A DNA stretch of 64,000 nt, taken from positions 25,606,001 through 25,670,000 of the forward strand of contig CM052825.1 in the NCBI GenBank assembly GCA_028534125.1. The letters are read 5' to 3'. This stretch comes from Lama glama (lineage: Eukaryota). Of this stretch, positions 1 through 12,665 are shown piece after piece. Made by a program: the position numbers and the translations under genes. Numbering within the stretch: the first letter of the stretch is position 1; each line of letters begins with the position of its first letter. Below the pieces are notes generated by a model. The model was not told the DNA's origin. It did not search any database and was given only the letters and a program-made list of their open reading frames with translations.

Positions 1-659
1 CCCACGTCACACCATCACCAAGGAGCAGGGCCCAGCCCTGCACTGCCTGGAAACAGGGCCTCAGAGGTGTTCCCTTTGGTGTATGTGGGGCTGGAGGCCA
101 GCCCAGGCCAGGCTCTGTAGGGAGTGGCCTTCAGGGCAGATGGCAGGGTCAACACAAGCCTGGACCTCTGTCAGGCTGGATGCCTCCAGTGACAGGTGCC
201 TCGCTCCCACACCCATGCCTGCTTGGGCCCGAGCATCCTCTGCTGTCACCCCAGCTCAAGGGCCACCTGAAATTGGGGGATGCCCCGCCCCACAGGCCAT
301 GCTGGAGCCCTGATGATGTTCTTTCCCCAGCCCCCAGGACAAAAAAGTAGCTAAAGGAGAAGCTTTTCTAAATTCTTGTTTGACACTCACAGCACCCATT
401 GACCCGAGCAGAAGACACCTATTACTGTAATGCACGGTGCATTTTAGAGCCCTGTTTATCTTTCAAGCTGCCCCTGCCAGTCTCCCAGACAAGCCACTCT
501 GCTGCCCCCACCCCAGCTCCCCATGGTCCAGGCTCCTCTGCCTTCTAGGTCCCCATAGGGTAGTGTTGGACCAGGGACAAGGTGGAGAGGATGCCTGGGG
601 CCTCAGGCTTCCCTCCAGTCTCTGGCTACAGAATGGGCACAGTCCACTCTACTCTCAGA

Positions 660-840
660 AGCCTCCAACTTGGCAGATAAGAGTACAGTTTTCCCAGTTA
701 ACTCTGAATTTCCGACAAAGAATAACGTTTAGTCTAAGTATATCTCATGCAACATTTGGGATATACTTATACTTACAATGTCTGTTTATATCTGAAATTC
801 ACATTTAACTGAGTGCTTTATATTTTATCTGGTGACCCTA
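660..840. mobile_element. MER53-like palindromic hAT MITE
   Basis: Long imperfect inverted repeat (cagttaactctgaatttc ... gaaattcacatttaactg; taagtatatctca/tgggatatactta) ending atctggtgacccta. Confidence 0.8.
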
Positions 841-1849
841 CTTGGGGCAGCATAACGGGTCTGTGAAGGGCTGAGAGTGAGGGAGGGGGCTGGGCCCCAC
901 CTGAGCCAGGTGCCTGCTGCAGGGCTCTGGGGTGAAATAGCAGGTGCCCAGAGAGGTGATGTTCAACTGGGGGCTGCCAGGTGTGGCCTTTGAGCTCCCA
1001 GACTCCAAAAGCAGGAGAAAGCGTGATATGTCAAACTGGAGCATGGAAGCTTCTAGACCTTCATTCTCCAACTGCATGCCCCATTCTCCTTGGGGCTCTG
1101 ACACAAGGCCCTTGAGGTGGGGAGTGGTGGGGCTCCTGGCACGCAGTAGTTGTTAAATGGGCATGTGCTGACTGGATGGCTGTAGGGCCTTAGGATTGCC
1201 TTGAGGGCTTTGGGGAATCGCAGCCCCCTAAGTTGTGCGAGGAGGGGTGACCCTGCCACCATGGGCCAGGGTCCTGTGCCTGGCGAGTGGGCACCCAGTC
1301 GCCAGCTCACAGTGGGGACTGCCCTTTCCCTGGGGACCTCAGGTATTGTCCTGAGTCTTAACTCAGCAACAGTTTCTAAGCATTTCAATATCAAGTGACT
1401 AAGCTTTAACAGTACTGAGTGAGCAATCATCCCACCTTATTACAGCTGGCTTAAAAACACCCCTTCCTAGCCACGTGTAGACGTTCCCACCGCCTGCCCT
1501 CAAGTGGAACTTGCCCTTTCTCACCTTCGCTGTCACTTGGTCATCTGAGCCCTGGGAAGGCAGGGAAGGGAGCACAGCTCCTCTATTCCCTGAGTCCACT
1601 GGGCTATGGAGAGGGACCCCAGCCAAGGCAGGCCCTAGAAGGGCCATGCGTCCAGGCCTGCCAGGGGGCTGGGAACATTTCCCCAGCACTGACCCAGACC
1701 TGTGATGGGGGCTGAGGGCTGTGCCAGCTTAGGCATTAGGCTGCCAAGAGGCTGGGGTGGAGGCAGTGCCGGTGGGGTAGGGGTGGCCCATTGTCACCTG
1801 GGAGGCAGTGAGGGGAGAAAGGGTCAGGGTCTTTTTTGGGCTCTGCAAC

Positions 1850-1955
1850 CACAGGCCCTGGGCTCTAATCTCAGCTCTGCCACAAACTGGCTGTGTGGCC
1901 TTGGGCAAGTGTCTTAACTCTTCTGAGCCTTAAATTGCCCCCTCTAGAAAATAAA
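1850..1955 (+). mobile_element. MIR SINE fragment
   Basis: ctctgccac...ctgtgtggccttgggcaagtgtcttaac...tctgagcct MIR core. Confidence 0.75.
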
Positions 1956-2626
1956 ACCTGCGTCAGGTGAAAAGTGATATTGAACTGGCTGTTCCTCTTG
2001 ACACCCATGATGGTGGCAGTTTTTAATAAACCTGAGACTTGGGGTGGGGGGAGCTAGGCAGTCCTCCCAAGACCTCCTACAAGGTTGGGGTTTGGGGTGT
2101 GGGGTGCAGCCCTTCCTGCCTGACCCACTGAGTGCCCCCTAACAAGCACACTTCCGAGGAGGGAAAGATGAGGGCTGCCTTGAGGGGAGGAAGTTGGGGG
2201 TTAGCTGGCCTGGGTGCTTCCAGAGGACTTTGAAGGGGCCGTGGGAAAGCTGGAGGCCAGAGGCAGATGTCGGCCCCACCTCATTTCCTCCACAGCCCCC
2301 TAGCTCTGCCTGCCCCCTGCCTGCAGGAAGGGCTGGGCCTGGCAGATTCACTCACAGGGTCCCTTCCAAGGCTGGGCCTCAGAGTGGTCGTTTATCACAG
2401 CAAAGCCCCTGGAAGGTCAATTCTGCTGGCCCCACAGACACCAGGCTCCTCCTCAGCCCGCCTCCCTGCTCACCTGGCCCTGACCATCGGTGCCTCACCG
2501 GGAGGGTCCAGCTCTTCCTGAGACCTAGCTGAGATGAATCACACCCTCTGGGTGGTCTGCATGCCAGCATCTTCCCTGACCCTCACCCCTCCCACCTGTA
2601 TTTGCCAGTGCCGAGCTCAGGGGGGA

Positions 2627-2659
2627 GACCCTTGGACAGGTGACCCTTGGACAGGTGAC
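2627..2659 (+). repeat. 15-bp tandem duplication (GACCCTTGGACAGGT)x2
   Basis: Exact direct repeat. Confidence 0.85.
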
Positions 2660-4315
2660 TGCAGGGGACAGGACAAGGATGGGTGGGAGCGTGATCTGAG
2701 GGATGGGCGAGTCAGCCCTAGTCTGCATGAGTGACACAGGGGACAGCATGTGAAGGGCTCCTTGGGAGCCAGGGCTGCCCTGTGCCCTGCGGTGGCACTG
2801 ACTTCACACCTGCCCCTGCTCTCTCTCTCTGTTGGAGAGACCCTAGAGGAGGCCTTGACCAAGGTGGTCGGTGGTCAACAGTCAGCGTGACGCAGGGACC
2901 TTGCTGGGAGAGAGACCCCTCCTCTTACTCATTCACCCTGGGGGATGTTTTTATAATGTTGCATTTAAATGGGTTAAGCTGTCAACCCCCACGTATTTGA
3001 GCAGCCCCTCCCGAGGAATGGGACACCCCTCCCAGCTGTGATGGCTGCCAAAAGCCTCCCCAGCTGCAGTGTCAGGGGACTGCAGTGGCAGATGTGTCAC
3101 CCAAGCACCCCGGCCACCACCAGGGCCTGCCAGAGGCTGTGTCTCTGACAGCATTTACATAATTTATTGTAAATCATTCTTGCTTTGTTTAATGTCCCTC
3201 TGATTCCACTTAATACTGGCTTCTCCAGCGCCTGCTGGCCAGACATTGCTGGCAGTTCACATTTTCAGGGAGGAGGAGCCACACCCAATAGGGGAGATGC
3301 TACTATGACAGTGGGACTGCCACTCCACCCAGAGCCATGGCCATCCGTGCCTCAACCACTCAGCTCTCTTGGTGTCCCTCTCTCAACGGGGGATCCCTGC
3401 CTTCCCTGGAAAGAGTTTCAGATCACCCTGGGCTCCTGACTTGTGACCATACCAGGTGGCAGAGCACAAACTTCTGACAAGCAGCAGCCTGACTCCACCA
3501 ATCAGGACCCCAGGGCTTCAAGGAGATGACACAGGACACACAGAGGCACTCAGCTTGGCCATCTGGGCCAGAGCCAGACTGGGACAGCTCCTTAGACGGG
3601 ATGGTCAGAGCTCATGGAACTGAGAAAACAGAAGATGCAGAAAAGGCCTACTTGGTCCATTCCTGCCCAGAAATGAAGTGGGGAGGCACCACCCACAGCC
3701 ATCCTCCCCAGCCCCCAGGAGCAGCCTGACCCCGCCAGAGCTGGGAACTGTCTCTGAGCCCCAGGGGTGCCTTGAATTCCCTGACATTGTGTTCCCGAAA
3801 ATCCACGTCCTTGAAGCAAACATGGGCAGGCCAGCAGCCAGAAGGATTCCAACCCCAAGTAGAGACTTTGGAACATTCCAGCTTCTGACTGTGGGCCACA
3901 CAGGCCTGGCCAGTCCAGCACCAATTCCTGGCTAATAGCCGGCGAGCTTTGCCGCTGGTCTGGGTACCCTGCCATTGTGGGACTAGTTAATGGGCCTTAC
4001 AGACTGTGGGTGGAGATGGAGGCTCAGCCAGGCCGGTGGCCACGTCCTGAAAACTTGGGAAGGACGCGTGGGAGTGCGGGGAAGGCCGCAGGCCTCAGGG
4101 CAGGAGAGTGGGCGAGATCCAGAGCAGCTTCCTGGGCCCCGTGGGCAGCATCCTCCTCTCTGTGTCTGGCCTGTCCATAATAGCGCTAGCTCTTCTCGCC
4201 ACCTGGCTCCCTGGTGGTGGCCTGCAATCCTCAAATTAGTCTTGCTGAACCCCAAAGAAATGGGGCCTCTCAGGCTAGGCGAGGCCTGGTCTGTATGCCC
4301 AGAAGCACGTTTGTG

Positions 4316-4376
4316 CAGGTGGGTGGACCAGGTGGGTGGGCCAGGCGGGTGGGCCAGGCAAGTGGGCCAGGCGGGG
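4316..4376 (+). repeat. G-rich 13-bp minisatellite (CAGGYGGGTGGGC) x~4.5
   Basis: caggtgggtggac caggtgggtgggc caggcgggtgggc caggcaagtgggc caggcgggg. Confidence 0.8.
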
Positions 4377-7300
4377 ACAGCACTGAAGGCTGTGGGGTGA
4401 CAGGGGAAGAGCGGGCAGCGCTGGCAGGCAGAGGGAGGACACACTCTGTGTGGGGGCAGAGCTCGGGGTGGCCATCCGAGGGTCTCAGCACTGACACATG
4501 AGGCAGACAGCCTAGGATGTGCCTGGACCCCAACAGGAATGAAATTTCTCCTGGAGAACCCTGGAGGGCTCCCAGACTAGAGACCAGGACATGTGGGGTC
4601 TCCCTCACAGCCAGCAGTAGGGTCAGGCCTGACTGAGACACTGGGCCCCGAGACTGAGCCCCATGCAACACAGAGTCCTAGCTGGTGAGTTGGGGCCACC
4701 CACTACAGCACTGGTCCTTCTTCCCTGCTTTCTCAGTGTTGAAGGATGAAGGGACACAGCCTTTCTCCTGAGGCCTTAGAGGCTCTCAGTCTCCCAGGCC
4801 TCCAGCCCTCACTGAGGTGCGACCTGTCTCCCCGTCACTGGAGGGGTGACCCTCACACCCAGTTCTCCGAGAGGCATTTCCCAGGCCAGGCTCCAGGCGC
4901 AGCAGGAAGCCAGGGAGGGTGGGACCAATGCTCAGTGTTCCCGGCTTCTGGACCAACCCTGCATTCTCTGAGGCCACAGCAACACTAGCGGACCCCACAC
5001 CAGGACCCAACATGGCCCCTGAAAACCATGATTATCACCACTATGCTCAGAGCATAGCATGAGGGGTGTGGGGACAGCCCCAGCTTGTCAAGGCTCAGAA
5101 CGTGCCAGGTGGGGCCAGCCTTCTGAGGGAAACTGGGGAAGCGTCAACTGCCGTGGAGCCACTGCAGGGGCTTGGGCACAGCATGCACCAGAGATAAAGC
5201 CCTGGAGAGCTATCAGTCTCCAGTGGTCTCCTGGGCACCTGCCTCCCAACCAATCAGAAAGATTGGCACCCAGGGAGGAGGGGTCTGTCCACGAGTGGGG
5301 AGGGGCATTCTGAAACTACCAGTCCTTGGGGTTGCCCCCTCCACCCCCTCCAGATGTGACAGAGCTGTCCCAAAGAACCTGCCAGTATCTGTGCCAGCCA
5401 CAGAGGATAACCAGGAAAGATCCCTACCCCAAACCTGCCCAGTCTACCTGGCCATTCTAAGTCTCTCACCCACCAGGGTCTGTTGCCAGCTGCAATGTCT
5501 TATTCCCAGTGGAAGTGGACACTCCAGGGAGTTGTCCCCACCCCCAGCGAAGCCCACATTGATGGTCAGTCATCAACGCTTTAGTATAAATTAGCATGTC
5601 AGGCCTTGAAATGGTGGCTCAGAGGCTGAGGATAAAGAAGAAGTCCTGGAGAACAAGCCTCATAGAGGGCACAGGGTGAAGAGAGGGCTGTCAAGGTGTG
5701 AGGTCAGCTCAAGACTGAGGTTCAAGCAAGCACATGTTCTTTCTTTATGTATCCAGGACCTTCAGTGAGGGACTGAGTTGGAGGTGGGGGTGAGGATCGC
5801 TCCAGGTCTCCGGCTGGGGTGGGTGAGGAGACTGAATGGCTTGGGGAGGGGGTGGGAGCTCTGGAGCAGAAAGGCCGTGTTGAGTGGATGAGGCAGCCTC
5901 AGAGTTTAAAGGACCTGGGAGTAAATCATATAAAATGATACATTCTGCCTTAGGTTGGCTTCCACTCTGGGAACTGGGTTTGCTCCTGGGCAGCTGTACT
6001 TTCCGTGGGCAGCTGGGCCTCAGTCCTTCTGGGGACCCCCACGGGGATTTGTAGATCATACGCTGGAGTCATCCCGCTGAAGAGTGAGGGAAGGCAGGGT
6101 TTATCCACCTGCTCCTGTCAGCAAAGGTAGGTGCCCAGGTGGCTCCTGGCCCTTCCCTGAAGAGCTGGATGTAGCCTTTGCTCAGCCACACCTTCTTGGG
6201 TTCTTTCATCTGCCTGTTTCTTGAGTACCTGCTGTTCTCCAGGTATGACTGCCCTGGCACTGGGCGCCTCTGAGTGCCGACCTCAATGCCATTAGATGCA
6301 ACAAGCTGTCCCCTCCACGCCCGGGGCTTCAGGGTGGTGTGTCAGACCCCTGCCCTCCTCCCCAGCACACAGTAGGTGCTTGGTGGTCTCAGGGGCTCCC
6401 TGTTGCCTCATCGCCGGCCCTTGAAGGGGAGCAACGTGGTCAGAGCAATGGCTCTAGCTGGCCCGCCAATCACCCTTAGGCTTTAGATAGCAAGGAGAGA
6501 ACGGAGGCTTTTCTCCTTCTTGCTTTTCTTAGTAAATCATCTTCTGACTGTTGTCAGAGCAGGTGAAGGTAAAAGAAAACAGCGTCTTTTGCAGTTATAA
6601 CAAATGTGCTCCTGGCTGTAATAAGGCGGACATCTGTCATCAACTGGCAGGTCCCTTGCCCAGCCGGCCGCCCTGGCCTGGGATACATGCACCCCTCATT
6701 TATCTCGTCCACATCTCTGCCTGCCACCAGACAGCCTTCAGGGCATGTGGGGTGGGCCCTGCTAAGTTAATCCTGCTCCCACCACCACAGGCTGCCAGGC
6801 TGCAGGGCTGATGGGTGTTTCATCCTCACCTGGAGTGTGGGACTCAGTGAGTGTGCAGAGCAGTAGAAAGCTTTTCCTCCTGAAGTTCCTCTGTTAGCAC
6901 GTTCCTTCTGATTCAGTGTTGCCCTCCTTGGGCTCTTCTTTTCAAAGACCACAGCCTTCTGGGAGGGGCTGTGTATTGAACTCTAGCAACCATTGACATT
7001 TTAGTGTGAATTGATCTCTCTCCCTTCTCCACTGCCAGCAGTGGAGAGCAGACAGTTGGATGAGAAAGGGCACTGAGGTGCTGCTAGGGTGAAAAAGACA
7101 GTAGGGGCCGGGCAGAGCTTGTAAGCCGATGTCCAGGGATCTCGGCTGCCCCAGCCCCAGGAGGAGACCCACCTTAGCTTGGAGGCAGGGCCTGCTTCAG
7201 AGGCGCAGTTTGGGTCTGCAGAGCCAGGTGGGACCCGGTCTTCAGGTGGGATACTGTTAGGGGATGAGGGCTTGAGGGCAGCAGGAATGGGCCAGGCTGT

Positions 7301-8017
7301 GCAGGGGTCCAGCTGGCATTATAACCGAAGTGCTCACAGGAAAGTGGGGTCCGGGGGCCTCTCAATGTGAAGTAGGGTTTCCCCTGAGCTGAGAGCAGCC
7401 CACCAACTGGGCCCTGGGGAGAGGGCACCTGCACCCCTGGGCTCCTGCTGGGTGTAGGAGGTGCCAAGTCCAGGACTAAGCTTTGGACCTGTGCTGACAG
7501 CTCAGCCCCTTGGGTCCCTTTCTGGTCCCCAAGGCCCTGTACAAGGCCTCCCCTCCACAGACTGGGCCTTGGGACAGGGCCCTGGACATGGAATTTCCCC
7601 AGGCCAGTCCAGGAGGGTTGCTGTGGGGACCCAGGGAAAATGACGGCACAGCCTCTCCAAGCCCCCTGCCCAACTCCAGCTCTGGCCCCTTTGCCTGGCC
7701 AGAGAGCAGCTGCTGGAGACAGGGATTCTGTCCAGCAGATGCCGATGCTTTAATTTCCCTGGATTTATGGCCTCCTCTGTGGCTTTATTACCAAGATAAG
7801 GATGGAGCCCATCACTGTCAGGCTCCGATTGCGATGTGCAGCTGCCCTGCAGACCAACACTGACGCAGTGTAGCCTGCACCAGTGGCAGGCCCCGCCCCC
7901 ACCTCCCGGCATCCACGGGCCTCAGGTCAGTGGCCAGGGCTTGCTCGTCACCTGCTAGGCATCCTCCCACTGGGGCCAGAATAGCAGGAACTTCCTCCAC
8001 CTGATTGAGGCAGCAGT

Positions 8018-10290
8018 GAAAACCCCACAGTGGACATCATGCTGAGGGTGAAAGGCTAGAAGGTTTTCCTCTAAGATCAGGGACGAGACCAGGCGACCCA
8101 CTCTGACCACTGCTATTCAACACAGTCCTGGAGGCCCAGCCAGTATAATTAGATAAGAATAAGAAATAAGAGGCTGAAAGTTTTGGGAAGGAAAGAGTAA
8201 AACTGTTTGCACACAGACATCGGGACTAGGTAGGAAATCGTGGACTCCACCCCAAAACAGTTAGAACTAACGTGGAGCTTAGCAGGAGGACAGGACCACA
8301 AAGAAAAGTGGGTACTGGCCCAAACAACTGTAAAGTAACAGGAGAAGAACCTCCATTTAAAATATCATAGAAACATAAAATATGTAAAAATCAATTTAAC
8401 AGAAGACATGCAAAACCTCCGTCCAGAATGAACTGAATAGGAAAACTTTCTACAAGAAGGTCAAAATCTCAGCAGGCAAAGACACAGACTTCCATCTACC
8501 GATCAGGGGCCAGGAGACTCCACATCATCAAGCTGTCACCCCTCCCCACATTGCCCTGTGAGATTCAGGGCGACCCCAAACAAAATCCCCAGGCCTCCCT
8601 GTAGCAATTTTAACCAGCTGAATCCAAGATACACGTGAAAATGCAAAGAGCACAGGATAGCTAAAATCATCTTGAAAAAGAAGAACAGAGTTGGAGAACT
8701 GACACTAAGTCATATCACAATTTGCTGGGAAGTAATCCGTGCGGTGTGGATGTCACAACCGTCGATGAGCAGAACTGAGGGCAGACGTGGCCCTAATAGT
8801 GCTGCGGTGACTCTGGAAGAAAGGAAGTCTCTCCAACAAATGGTGCTGGAAAACTGGCCAACTCAGTGTGGAAATGATCCCCAACCCTCCCTCACACCAC
8901 ACACAAAACAATTTGAAACAAAACGTAGACCTCACATAAAAACTAAAACTAGGAAACATCCATAGGAAGTTCTGGGAGAATTTTCATCTTTGCAACTTCG
9001 ATGTAGACAAATCCTTCTTTAAAAAAAACCTCACAGAAACATAACCATAAAAGAAAAAAAATTGATACATTGAGCGTCATCAATTAAAACCTGCCCATCA
9101 AAAGACGCCACCAGGGAACTCCAAAGGAAGATGCAAACTAGGAGAAGGCATTCACGGTCCACAGCAAAGGCTTGTATCCAGGACAGATAAAGAAACACCA
9201 ACACTGAAGTCAAAATGACACCCCAATTTAGAAATGGTCAAAAGGCTGGAATAGATACATCACTGAGGAAGATATATAGATGGTAGAGAGGCACGTGAAG
9301 GGCACCTAACATCACAGGTCACTGGGGAGATGCAGGTCCAACCCACAAACCACACCCTCACCAGCTAGGATGGCTGCGGGGGGGGGCCATGGTACCAGGT
9401 GTTGGCTGCGGGGGAAAGAAAGGCGCTCTCGCAATGCTAGTCAGATTGGAAAGTGGTGTGAACACTTTGGGGGAGAATTTGGCCGTTTCTCCAAAAGCTA
9501 AACATACACACATCATGTGACCCTGTCTTCCTATTGCTGGGTATTCACTCAGGAGAAACAGAAGTGTATGTCTTACAAAGACCTGTATGAAGGTTCACAG
9601 CAGGTTTCCTTGTAATTCTCCTGTCCCGGTTGGCTTGAGTTACCGGAACGAAACACTACAGAGTGGGTGGTTTACAAACAGCAGACGTTTATTTCCCACT
9701 GTCTGGAGGCTGGAAGTCCAAGACTTCCAGTGCCGGCAGATTCGGTGTCTGCCGGGGGCGGCTCCCTGTGGCCTTGTGTGGTGGAAGGGGGCGAGGGAGC
9801 TCTCTGCGGTTTCTTTTATAAGGACACTAATCCGCCATCCTGAACTGATCACCTCCCAAAGGCCTCACCTTTTAACACCATCACCTGGGGGATCAGATGT
9901 TAGCTTGAATTTTGGGGGGACACAAACATTCAGACTCCAAATTCAAGGCCCCACACTGGAAACTACCCAGATGCCCTCACCAGGGGAACCACGGAGTTCA
10001 AGTGGGCAGTGCAGAGGAATGAGTGAACTCAGATGGAGCTCAGAGCAGTTATGCCATGTGAAAGAAGCCAGACAGAAAAGATACACATTCTGCACACAGT
10101 GCTATTAACGCAGGTTCACCTGCAGTAACAGAGCCAGGTCACGGAGAGGAGGAGGGATCGCAGCTTCTGAGGAGACCGGTATTTCCATTGTCTTCATTGT
10201 GGTGAAGGTTTCACAGGCATCTCTGTGTGTGTCAAACTTCAGATGTGTGCGATTTATTGCGTGTTAATCACACCTCACCAAGGCTGCTTG
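8018..10290 (+). mobile_element. Old 5'-truncated L1 (L1M-type) ORF2 and 3' end, degenerate, interrupted by an LTR
   Basis: Translates to GERLEGFPLRSGTRPGDPL*PLLFNTVLE (L1 RT motif GTRQGCPLSPLLF) and KKKNRVGELTL; L1 3' motifs ctggaaactacccagatgccc and aaagaagccagaca; stops and frameshifts present. Confidence 0.9.
9622..9940 (-). mobile_element. MLT1A-like (ERVL-MaLR) solo LTR nested in L1
   Basis: tttatttcccactgtctggaggctggaagtccaag...ttataaggacactaatcc...ggggggacacaaacattcagac. Confidence 0.85.
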
Positions 10291-11029
10291 AAAAACGTAT
10301 GTGATCAGAAATAATAGCCCCCAACCTTCAATGAAACGTACACTTTGTGCATTTCACTGTAGGTCACGTCATCCTCAGTAACAAAAAGACTGAGCCAGAG
10401 GGAGAATTGCCTGTGTTGGAGGAGAGAGGGGGCAGCCAACGACCCCATCGCGTGCGTGCTGTGCGAGGCTCTGTGTCCTGAACCACCCCCCACTGCCACC
10501 CGCCCGGCAGGGGCCCTGAGGGCCTGAGCACCAGGCTGCGTGTCCTGATGTGGCCGAGGTTCCGGCCCAGCACGCAGTTCCTGGAGATGTTTTGATTTCA
10601 GACCACACACATCCTCTCTCACTCACACTCTCTCATCTTTTCCTTCCCAGTCTGATCCTTTGCCCGCAGGCAGGGGAAGCGACTTCTCAGCCCTGAGAAA
10701 GGCAGAGAAGAGCCTGGGGACCCTACAGCCTCCAGAATGTGCTCTTGGTGGTGCTTCCATGGCTGGGGTAGGGGGTGCAGCCCTCCTGGAGGCGTCCAAC
10801 CCCTGAGAGGAAGTAGATGTCCACGCAGTGTCAAGGCCTCCTCCTTGGCCAGCGGGTTTCTTCCTCCTACAGTAGCTGGGGAAGGACCAAGGGATGTGCT
10901 GCCTGAGGGGCAGGCGGGAGGCCCCTGCCCAGACCTCACCTCCCCGGAGACCCTCCTGCTGGCCCTGATCCAGCAGAGCCCAGTGTCCATCTCAGCAGAC
11001 TGACCTTAACTCCGGGGGGGGACACTCCT

Positions 11030-11135
11030 GCAACCTGAGGTTCAAGACCTGAATCTGTCCCTGGGGCCTGTATCACCCGGGCCAAGATGCTGACCTCTGG
11101 GAGCCTCAGTTTTCCTCTCTGCAAAGTGGGGGTAC
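11030..11135 (+). mobile_element. MIR fragment
   Basis: gagcctcagttttcctctctgcaaagtggg. Confidence 0.55.
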
Positions 11136-11258
11136 TGGTCACTCCATTGCGGGGCCCCCGACCCTGCACAGTCTCTACATGGGGAGTGCCAGGTAGGTGC
11201 CCCCAACAACATTGGTCTTCATGCTCACTGAGGGGGCCTCTGTCCGAGGAGAGCCCAG

Positions 11259-11640
11259 GGTGAGTGCCTGGGGGCCACAGCAAAAAACATCACAAACCAG
11301 GGGGCTTAAAGCAGCAGGCTCTAGGAGAGGCCCCTTCCAGACTCTGGTAGTTGTTGGCCATGCCGGCATCCTTGGTGTCCTTTGGCTCGTGGCTGCATCC
11401 CTCCCCCCGCCCCGGTCTCTGCCTCTTCATCACATGGCTGACTCCCCCTGTGTGTCTGGGTCTTATCTTAAAAGGAAGTGTCATTGGATTTAAGGACTAC
11501 CTGGATTTTCCAGGGTGACCTCATCTCAAGATCCATAATTACAACTGCAAAGACCCTTCTTCCAAATAAAGTCCCATTCACAGGTTACGGGGTTTAGGAT
11601 GTGCACGTGTTTTTGGGGGGCCAACATTGGTCCCACGACA
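11259..11640 (-). mobile_element. MLT1B/C-like solo LTR
   Basis: gtcattggatttaagg...ctcatctcaagatcc...aattacaactgcaaagacccttcttccaaataaagtc. Confidence 0.85.
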
Positions 11641-12340
11641 CAACCAGGCCAGGGGGCAGCCACCGGACTTTCTCCAAGGCCCCTGCTGTATGACTGCCCA
11701 TCATCTGCCCCAGAAAGAACCCCCAGCATCAGCCATCCATTCCCCTCCTCATTCAGCCCTTCTTTGCCCAGTCATTCTTAGAGACCTGGCTCCATTCATG
11801 TACAAGCTCACTGGGGCCCCGGGGAAGGCCTGGGATGTCCCGGGCGACCCCAGGGAAATGCCCTGCACTGATGTGTGGGCCTCTTTTATTCCTTGCAGCT
11901 TTACTGAGCAGCCTCTGCGGCCACCTGGCCAGTGGCCTCCCGGCATTGTCAGGATGGGCGTCTTCTCTCTCTTTTATTTCTCTCCTCAGCTTCTCTCTCT
12001 TTTTATCTCTCTCCTCAGCGTGGACAGTGTGTGTCTAACAGCCCCGCTGGGACAAGGACAAAGCCTGCTCTGCATCCCCAGAGCCCACACTGGCCAGCAT
12101 GATGCCTGTTTGAAGCTGCTGATACCACAACCTCTGTGAGTCTTCAGTGGGAGCCAGGGTCTGGCCAAGGGGCTCAGAGCTCTGCAGGGACGTACAGGAT
12201 GTCAGCAGCGGTGACGGAAAAAGGTTAACTAACCTGAAAATCTCACTAACAACACCTAGAGATGCTGAATAGAGGACATCAGATACTATTTTAAGGGCTT
12301 AGCTGGGCCAGACAAGAAAGGAAATAATAAATGAAGGGGG

Positions 12341-12665
12341 TGTCGTGGTCTGCTTGGGCGGCTCAAGAGCAAGAGAATTTTATTTCTCACAGTTCTGGAA
12401 GCTGGACCAAGACAGGGTGTCGTCGTCGTCAGTATTCCGCCGGCTGACCTCTCTCTGTGTCCTCATGGGGTGGAGGGGATGAGGGGGCTCTGTGGCATCT
12501 TGTTTGTGAGGACACTAATCACATCATGAGATTCCACCCTCGTGACCTAATCACTTGCAGAAGGCCCCACCTCCTGACATCACCAGGTTTTGGAGCCACG
12601 GATCAGGTTTGGGGGTCAGGTTTCCACACGTGGATCTGGGGGGACACAGACAGTCAGACCACAGT
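12341..12665 (-). mobile_element. MLT1A-like solo LTR
   Basis: tttatttctcacagttctggaagctgg...gaggacactaatc...ggggggacacagac. Confidence 0.8.

Noticed and set aside
1-3000. CACNA1H exon 1 / CpG island
   Set aside because: Expected nearby by synteny, but no CpG island or channel-coding sequence is visible in the window
8672-8965. 97-aa ORF resembling L1 ORF2
   Set aside because: Fragment of a dead L1 with surrounding stops and frameshifts; not a host gene
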